A DNA stretch of 60,000 bases from Malacoraja senta (Eukaryota). The stretch covers positions 17,796,001 through 17,856,000 of the forward strand of contig CM075989.1 of the NCBI GenBank assembly GCA_038087875.1, in the 5' to 3' direction. Positions 51,767 through 60,000 of the stretch are shown one piece after another. Within the stretch, counting starts at the first letter, position 1. Every line of letters begins with the position of its first letter. Position numbers and translations under genes: made by a program. The notes below the pieces were generated by a model. That model saw only the letters and a program-made list of their open reading frames with translations, had not been told where the DNA came from and did no database searches.

Positions 51767-52546
51767 TTTTTTCTACTTTTGTTTTTGTTTTTTAGTGTGT
51801 CTTAATGTGTGTTTTTAATGTCTCTCTGTGTGTCTTGTGTGGGGGGTGGTGTGGGGGGGTAAGGGGGAAACCGTTTCGGTCGCCTCCTCCACGGAGAGGC
51901 GACTTTTTCCATGTCGCCTCCCCTGTGGCCTAACATCGAGGATCAGTGCGGCCTTTCCCGGAGACGCGCCTGGGGCTTCAGCAGCGGGCGCAGCGAGGAC
52001 GCTTTCGTCGCGGAGCGGGCGAGCCCTCGCCAGAGGAGAGTGCTCCATTAGCTGGCCCGCGGCAGCCTGAAGCCGCAGTCTGCGGAGCTCCAGTTGGCGC
52101 GGCGTCCAGAGCCTGGGATCCCTCGCCGGGGATCCCTGGAGAGGAGCTCCGACCGCCGGCCCTGCAGTCTGCGGTGCTTCTTGTTGCAGCGCGGCGGGAC
52201 TTTAAATCTTCGACCGCCAGCCTGCGGCCTACACCAACTTGTAGCCGCGGTCTCCGGTGGGGAGGCACCGATTCAGGACTTACCTGGACTTTACCTTGTC
52301 TGAACATCTGGACGGCCGCAGCGGCGGCTGCGGAGGGTTGTGGTCCCGACCAGGGGGGAAAATGGTGGAGGACTGGCCAAATTTCGTGCCTTCCACCACA
52401 GTGATGAATGCTGTGGTGGATGTTTGTGTTCAATTTTTATTGTGTATTGTGTGTTCTTTTAAAAAAAAATTGTACCGCTGCTGGCTTTGAATTTTCCTGA
52501 AAAGGGATTAATAAAGTATTTATCTATCTATCTAACTATCTATCTA
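51767..52546 (+). mobile_element. GC-rich non-autonomous retroelement with an (ATCT)n tail, nested in a Penelope-derived repeat
   Basis: Ends gggattaataaagtatttatctatctatc; the host repeat continues on both sides (compare the intact version at 59500-59640); related 3' end at about 5540-5665(-). Confidence 0.6.
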
Positions 52547-53326
52547 TCTCTCATTCCCCTTTTCCCTGACTCTCAGTCAGAAGAAGGGTCTCGACCCAAA
52601 ACATCACCAATTCCTTTTCTCCAGTCATGCTGCTTGTCCCACTGAGCGACTCCAGCTTTTTGTGTCTGTCTTCATTAACAAAAGATCACTCTTCAGTTTA
52701 ATAGGGGAATAAACTCAAATTTACAAAATGAATCTGCTGCATTTTCACAATATTTTATGATTTCATTTAGGGAACTGCTGCTACATTTCTGCACGTGGAA
52801 ATAAATAATGGACACGTGAGAGAGAGGACGTGAGAGGAATGGTTTTTGGTAAAAATTGCCAGGATCCTAATCATGTCCAGTTAATGCTCAAAGTTGGTCA
52901 GTTGGAGATGCATTGGAACAAAATTCAGTTCTTGGCATTCTGATAAATTAATGTAGGCTTCCATTGATTTTGGAATTCATTATGCAACTGAATAAGAAGA
53001 CAAATGGGACTGGTTCAATGCAGTAGAATTTCTCGCAATAACAAACTGAACATTGAAAGGGATTGTTCTGGATGGAAGCTGTAACATTTCTCAGGTATTA
53101 GCTTATTCAACAGCAATAACATTCTATTAAAACAAACTTCACACCTCGCAGGCACGCTACCTAATAATGTAATGCTCAGTAGAATTAGAGTTATAAAGTC
53201 ATACAGCATGGAGACAGGCCCTTCGGCCCATCTCGTCCATGCCAAGCAAGATGCCCCATCTATGGATAGAATCATACAGCATGGAAACAGGCCGTTCAGA
53301 ATTCATGCACCAGGACATCTTATTAC

Positions 53327-53469
53327 CTGCGTGTGTGCCGTTGTCTCAGTGTATTCAGGCACACGGGGAAACGATCGTGCAGAGCTCAATCTGAGTTCTT
53401 CCAAAGCAACTATCTGGAACTTCTGAGAAATTTTAAAAGGAACTTCATCCAAATAAGTTGTGGTTCCTG
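53327..53469 (-). CDS. UBAP1L: UBAP1L exon encoding the start of the UMA domain (GTTTYLDEVPFKISQKF...PEYTETTAHTQ)
   Basis: Hand-translated; YLDxVPFK is the UBAP1/UMA signature; NAGNAG acceptor (53469 or 53466), GTAAT donor; no ATG in the exon, so an upstream coding exon is required. Confidence 0.88.
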
Positions 53470-55800
53470 CTAAAACAATAAGATTCAGTGAATGAAAAGG
53501 TTTAGCTGCCCTGCAGACATGATCAGCAGATAATGTTTTTGCTCACACACCCTCACCGTTTAAAAGTATGGCAGCCCAACAAGGCTCTGAGAACACAAAC
53601 AAAAATTGCTAGAAAAATCCAGTAAGACAGGCAGCATCTTGGAGAGGGAAACAGTCAACAATTCAACTCTGACCCTTCCGCAGACCAGACACGTCAACTG
53701 TTTCTTTCTCCACAGATGCTGTTTAACTTGCCAAGATTTCCAGCATTTTCTGTGTTTGTTTCAAATTCCCAGCAACTACTGTTTGTACTGGTTGTTAGTG
53801 TGTGTAGTATAGTGTAAGTGTGCAGGGATCGCCGGTTGGCGCGGACTCGGTTGGCCAAAGGGCCTGTTTCCGCGCTGTTTCTCCAAACTAAACTAAACTA
53901 CAGATAGATACAGGGTTGGGAGTCGGTGTAAAAGGCTTGTTTCTGGGCTCTATGCATCTTTGACTCCAAACTTACACCATTACCCGATGACAACATTCCA
54001 ATCATCTCAATATGCTTTGTCAAGCAAGAGGTTGATTTTAGTGAAGGGGAACGAACTGTTCTTACTGAATAGTCATTTGCTTATTTACATGGATAATGTT
54101 GGCTGGAATTGGCATGATTTTCTCCATTGCACTTAGGAATGTATATAATGGCACAGGGAATGCTTACCATATGCATTGAGGTTATAACCAAGCACTGCCT
54201 GAATCTTTTAGTTGAGAACACCAGACATGTTTTCATTGCATGGGTATATTTTGATTTGGGATATTTTACTAGATATTTTTCCAATGACTTTGGATTTTTA
54301 CCAAAATAACTTCCAATGTTCCAGATAATTAACATAATTTACTAGCTTTCAGTTTCTTCATTGCTAGTTGTTTCCCAGCAGATCATATTGTGCACAGGGG
54401 ATCGTATGATTATTCTGGAAATAGTTTATTGTGTTTAGCTGAGAAACCGAACTAAAATACAAAGGTCGAACACTAAAACTAAGATTTAAAAAAAAGATTT
54501 ACATTACATCTAAACAGAAAGTAGTAGTGTAGGAAGGAAGTGTGGATGCTGGTTTACTCAAAGATAGACACAAAATGCTGGAGTAACTCAGCAGGTCAGG
54601 CAGCATCTCTGGAGAAAAGGAACATGCGGCGTTTTGGGTTGAGACCCTTCTTCAGACACGTTTCGGGTGAAGACTGAAGAAGGATCTCAACCCGAAACGT
54701 CACCTATTCCTTTTAAACAGTAAGTAGCATTTGTGCCATAGATATACCACGGTCATAAAGTAGCTTTAATATACAACAGCTATGCAGACAGCACAAGAAG
54801 GCTATGCAACACCATCTCCATGCAGAGACAGACAATGAATATTGCCCCTGCCAGTGTTATGTCACGATGAAAATGAACGTGAATCATCCATAATCATGAC
54901 AACCCCAGTCTCCCCAATGTTTATATCAAAGTGCTTCATTAAAAGGTATGAAAGATATGGCCTTCAGGACTGGTTTTAATGAGCTGGGAGTCAAGGGGGA
55001 ATTTTCCAGGTGATGCCCCATAATTGTCTTGGATTTTATCTGTTCTTTTGACGGTCCCATGAGATTAAAGGCTTTGGCTGTTGCACCATCTTGTCAGACT
55101 CGTGAAGCATGCTGGATGGAGCAGATTGTTACCACTCTTACTTTTAATTCGAAGATTGCCACGGAGACAACACTTTGCCTGCGAGCTGCAACCGTCCAGA
55201 CCCCATCCCCACAGATGTTTAGCTTGGAGGTACGGATGATTCACTTAATTAGAGGAAAGGCCATGATTGCCTTGGTGTGTGTATGGCTTTGGGAAATAAC
55301 TCACCCAAGCTGCTGCCAACCTCATTCTCTGAACTACTCATTGTTGTCACACTCCCAATGCACTCTGAAAGGAAGGAAACAATTAGATTACAATATATTA
55401 AAAACATTGGAAGATGTGTTATGTCAATCAAATGATCTCACCACTTCAGTGATACACCAACAATGTGCATTGAATGTGGGGCGGTCTTGTGCAGAATGGT
55501 AGAGAAGCAGTCCTTTGTTACCTCATGAATTACAGTCATAGAGTCCCACAGCACGGAAACAGGCCCTTACAATATTGCCATGTATAAATGGGCTGCATGT
55601 TTCCGATATTACAAAGGTCATGACACATTAAAAGCATTTAATTAGCTATGAAGCACTCTCTTGAGAGGTGGGGTGGGACGGGAAGAATACGTAGAGAAAG
55701 CATACCGTTGAACAATAGATTCGTACGGCACGGAAACTGGCCCGTCGGCTGAACTTGCCCACGCCGACACCAGTCTTTGGACCACATCCCTCTAAACCTT

Positions 55801-56024
55801 GTGTAGGAAGGAACTGTAGATGCTGGTTTACACCAAAGATAGGCATAAAAAGCTGCAGTAACTCAGCGGGTCAGGCAGCATCTCTGGAGAAAAGGAATAG
55901 GTGACATTTTGGGTCCAGACCTTTCTTCAGAAACAGAAGGGTCTCGACCTGAAACGTCACTTATTCCTTTTCTCCAGAGGTGCTGCCTGACCCGCTGAGT
56001 TACTCCAGCTTTTTGTATCTATCT
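55801..56024. mobile_element. Penelope-derived foldback nested in a CR1 3' fragment
   Basis: 14-bp TSD (1 mismatch) at 55787-55800 and 56025-56038; inverted arms. Confidence 0.7.
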
Positions 56025-59000
56025 TCCCTCTAAGCCTTTCCCATCCATGAACCTGTCCAAATGTCTTTTAAATGTTACAGTACCTGCCTCAACTACTTCC
56101 CCAGGCACTCATACTTCCATACACCACCCACCAGCTATATTTGAAGTGTGATATCTGTCTACCTCTGTTTCAGATAGTGTACAGATCAGGCAATCCTGAG
56201 CCATTAATCAGCGATGCGGGGTTATGGTGGATCTTAGTGTTTAAAAATAGCGCAGCTTGGAAAACCAGTTACACTCTGGATTATTCTATTGACCGGGGAA
56301 TCTCCACGTCAGCAGACACACAGTCGAACGATTCTTCCTGCCAATGTGCAGACGTACACGGAGCCAACAATAAAAACAAACTCTAAGGCTTACAGCTTAT
56401 CTTTATGTGATTAACAACCCCTGCTCAACTTGCTCTCCTGACCTTGACACGTGCACACAAACAGGCCTGTCCCCAGCCCTACTCCCACTTATATCTAAAC
56501 GCTTCAGGAATCTTAATGCACCAAGAGGTTCTAGAGCCAATTCCCCCACTCCCCCCACCTCTCCCATATTTTCCTTATTCTCATAGATCTCAGATATATT
56601 TGGCAATAATCTGTCAATATTTATATTGATAATTCTATCGTTGCCCCAGAGAAAGCTCCAGTGGTTTTCAGTGTTTCCAATACTGGACAATACCACCGCA
56701 GTGGCATTAATGCCCAATCATTCTTTAGACTTTAGAGAGAGACACAGTGTGCAAACCGGCCCACCAAGTCCGCACTGACCCCCGATCACCCCGTACACTA
56801 ACACTATTCTACACACACTAGGGACAATTTACAATTTTACCGAAGGCAATTAACCTACAAACCTGTACTTTGGAGCATGGGAAGAAACCGGAGCACCCAG
56901 AGAAAACTTACGCGGACACACGGCGAACATACAAACGCCATACAGATAGCACTCAATGTCAGGATTGAACCAGGGTCTCTGGCACTGTAAGGCAGCGACT
57001 CTGTGCCACCGTGCTGCCCTCGTCCATTGATATGTAGTGGATTGAGCAAGAGACTGCAAACTATTGGAAGCCTTTGGAGGAATTGGTGAACTGTCTGATC
57101 CAAAAGTTCAATTCTGGGTGAAGTTTCTTCTCCAAATAGGTGCATGCCCACCAGGGAAAGACAGACTTACTTTGATTAAACTGCGGGACTGAACAGCACA
57201 TCAGAAAATGAGAAGCGCCAAACTCTTTCTCATTCAAAGCAGCATTTCCAGAGTTTTCTGTTTTTAGTTCATATTTCCAGCAATCCCATAATAGTGTTTA
57301 GTTTTTCAATTCTGTCACAAGGTTTTTATTTGTGAGAAGTTGAAGGAATTTAGAAACTATTAAATATAGTTGAGTTCAATATGCCCAACATCATTCTTAG
57401 ATAATTATCACAAATAGTCAGCCAGAGTTTTTTTTTCACATAATGGGGGTGGCACAGTGGTAGATTTGTTGCCCTACAGGCCAGAGATCCGGGTTAGATC
57501 CTGATTATGGGTGCTGTCTGTACTGAGTTTGAACATTCGTCCCATGACCAAGTGGGTTTCCTCCCACCCTCCAAAGATGTAAAGGTTTGTAGGTTAATTG
57601 GTTTTGTTAAAAATTGTAAAATGTTCCCCAGTAGGATAGCGCTAGTGTACGGGGATCACTGGTCGGTGCAGTGGGCCAAAGGCCTGTATGTGCGCTCTCT
57701 AAAATAAACCAAACTAAAAACAAAGCCATAAAAACATCGTTAATGATCCAGGGCTTCTCCAAAATATAAGTGCAAGATTTAAGAATGATTTTCTTGTTTG
57801 CATTAACTTGTCAGAGAGAGAGAACTGTGTATCTTCAAGGAGCGAAGTAAAATTGCTTTGATTACGTTTTCCCAGGACTCTGATTTCATGGAGTATTTTA
57901 CATAAGACATACAGAAAGTAAACATCATGTTCACCACCCATTACAAGGCATCACAGAAACAGGCAATAACTAACCAGAATGATTGAATTAGATGCCTCTA
58001 GAATTCACCCAATTCCAACAAGCACTTCGGAAAACTATTCCACAGTGCAAAATTCAATAACTTTTAAACATTTGTAATACCTATAGCCTTTGTTCTTTTA
58101 TTTACTGTCCTGCATTTCATGCCCCCCAAACATTACACACTAAATTCAGTTCAAAACTGGACAGCATCAAATCTCATATTTCGCTTGGGCAGTGGTATGA
58201 ATATTGATTTCTCTAACTTCAGGTAGCCCCGGCATTCCCTCTCTCTCTCTATCCCTCCCCCACCCAAGTCGCACTAGCTTCTTGTTTTCATCCAACAAAC
58301 AGCTAACAATGACATGTTTCCGTTATCATCATAACTTTTTTGCATATCTTTCTTTATCTCTCTACATCATCACCTATATCTCTTGTTTCCCTTGTTCCTA
58401 ACCAGTCTGAAGAAGGGTCTCAACCCGAAAGGTCACGCATTCCTTCTCTCCAGTGATGCTACCTGTCCCACTAAGTTACTCCAGTTTTTTGTGTCTATCT
58501 TCAGTTTAAAACAGCATCTGCTGTTCCTTCCTACACAAATACTTATAAGACGTTTTATTTTTATATTTCTCATATATTGGATACATTAGATACATGAATA
58601 TTTTAAATAAAGTATGTTATGCAAATAAATAATAATTTACCATCTTGTTATGCCCATAATAATGTTAACATTTGCTTACTGTTGGAAATCAGGACTGAAA
58701 GCCAATTGTGCTCTTCAAAATATCTTCAAGGCAAGCACTGATACCTGATACAGTTCTACTGCTGGGAAGCTGCCGGTTATCCGATTCTTTATGTGGCAGT
58801 CGGTGATTACTGTTAAAGCTTCTTAGGATAATGAACAACATAAAATGTCCCCATGCTAGAGGATAGAAACACAGTTCCCGCCTATTATCCGAGTAAATAC
58901 CATCCCTGGTGCCTCTTTTATATGGTAACGTGCTCATATTGTGCCGCTCACGAAAATGCCTCAGGGCTCTTCACAGAAGCATTAGCAGAGAAAGATTGAC

Positions 59001-60000
59001 TCAGAAAGGGACATTTACTGATTGACTCAGAAAGGGACTCAGTCCGCGAGCATTGCCACTTTTCATTTCACTGCACATCTCGTATGTGTATGTGTATGTG
59101 ACGAATAAACTTGACTTGACATATTACGTCAGATGAGGAGAGTATGGATCAGAATTGTTAGTTAAAAGGAGAATGTTCGAGGAGAGGTTTAAGAAGTAAA
59201 TGGTGGAAGGGGGTTGGAGACCCAGTTAGAGGAACCAATACTCTTTAATGGTTGTAGGAGTTACAGAGGTAAGCAGGGGCAAAGCCATGGAGGGATAAAA
59301 CAAATGATTGAGCTGTTTGAAATTGAGATGCTGCTGGATCTGTGAGCCATTAGAGAACAAAGTTGAAGAGAGATCGGTGAATGCAAGGAGTGGACTTGGA
59401 GACAAGGAGGGAGTTCTAGATTAGTTCTATAAATGGACACACCTCGCAAACAGCTAACTATGGTCTGTTTACTTTATCGTTTTTGCATTTCTTTCATTCA
59501 TTTGTTCTATATTTCACCATCTATATCTCTCGTTTCCCGACTCTCAGTTTGAAGAAGGGTCTCGACCCGAAACGTCACCTATTCCTTTTCTCCAGAGATG
59601 CTGCCTGACCCGCTGAGTTACCCCAGCTTTTTGTGTCCATCTTCTGAATCTCCATTGCTTGAATGGATGGATAAGGAATCAGTGCATCATTTTTGGGAAG
59701 CCCAATATTAGTTTAGGTAAATTTAATAATTTTACAGCTGCTTTTATATAACTACCTTCTTATACTGGGACGGTGGTCAACCACAATGGGGCTTGAATAG
59801 TTGTGTATTAAGGTAGTAACATAACGGATTAAGGTTTCAGCAGCAGACAGGCTGAGGCAGGTCAATGACAGGGCAAAGGGAATTACAGGCTTCTGTGAGT
59901 CTGAACTCTGTTCAATTATGATAAAGTAGTGGATTTTCCTTCACAGTAAACTTACCATTGTTTATGGACGTCGTTAAATGGATCCCACAAAGTCTGCGGT

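Noticed and set aside
51913..51945. gcc-tcccctgt-ggc resembling an HDV P3/L3
   Set aside because: I could not find matching P1, P2 or J4/2 elements

Overview
Eukaryotic, intron-containing, repeat-dense genomic DNA. The repeat families (HE1/V-SINE-like SINEs, CR1-type LINE 3' ends, Penelope-derived foldbacks) point to a cartilaginous fish, probably a skate or ray; this is inferred, not proven. Three protein-coding genes can be reconstructed by hand. RASL12 is on the minus strand (5 coding exons, 281 aa, 1015-6657). KBTBD13 is on the plus strand (intronless CDS, 458 aa, 16975-18351). UBAP1L is on the minus strand (5 exons resolved, 32126-53469, start codon not located). Order and orientation match the human RASL12-KBTBD13-UBAP1L cluster. 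The most striking unannotated element is a 141-bp TSD-flanked retroposon (25029-25169, minus strand). Its first 54 nt fold into a minimal HDV/CPEB3-type self-cleaving ribozyme, with the predicted cleavage site at the element's 5' end. Other notable items: many TSD-flanked Penelope-derived foldbacks carrying hammerhead cores, a decayed KBTBD13-like kelch relic, a palindromic minisatellite running into the KBTBD13 start codon, a tandem pair of non-autonomous Helitrons, a bipartite-TIR MITE and an indel-free 159-bp local duplication. Repeat boundaries are approximate unless TSDs are given.
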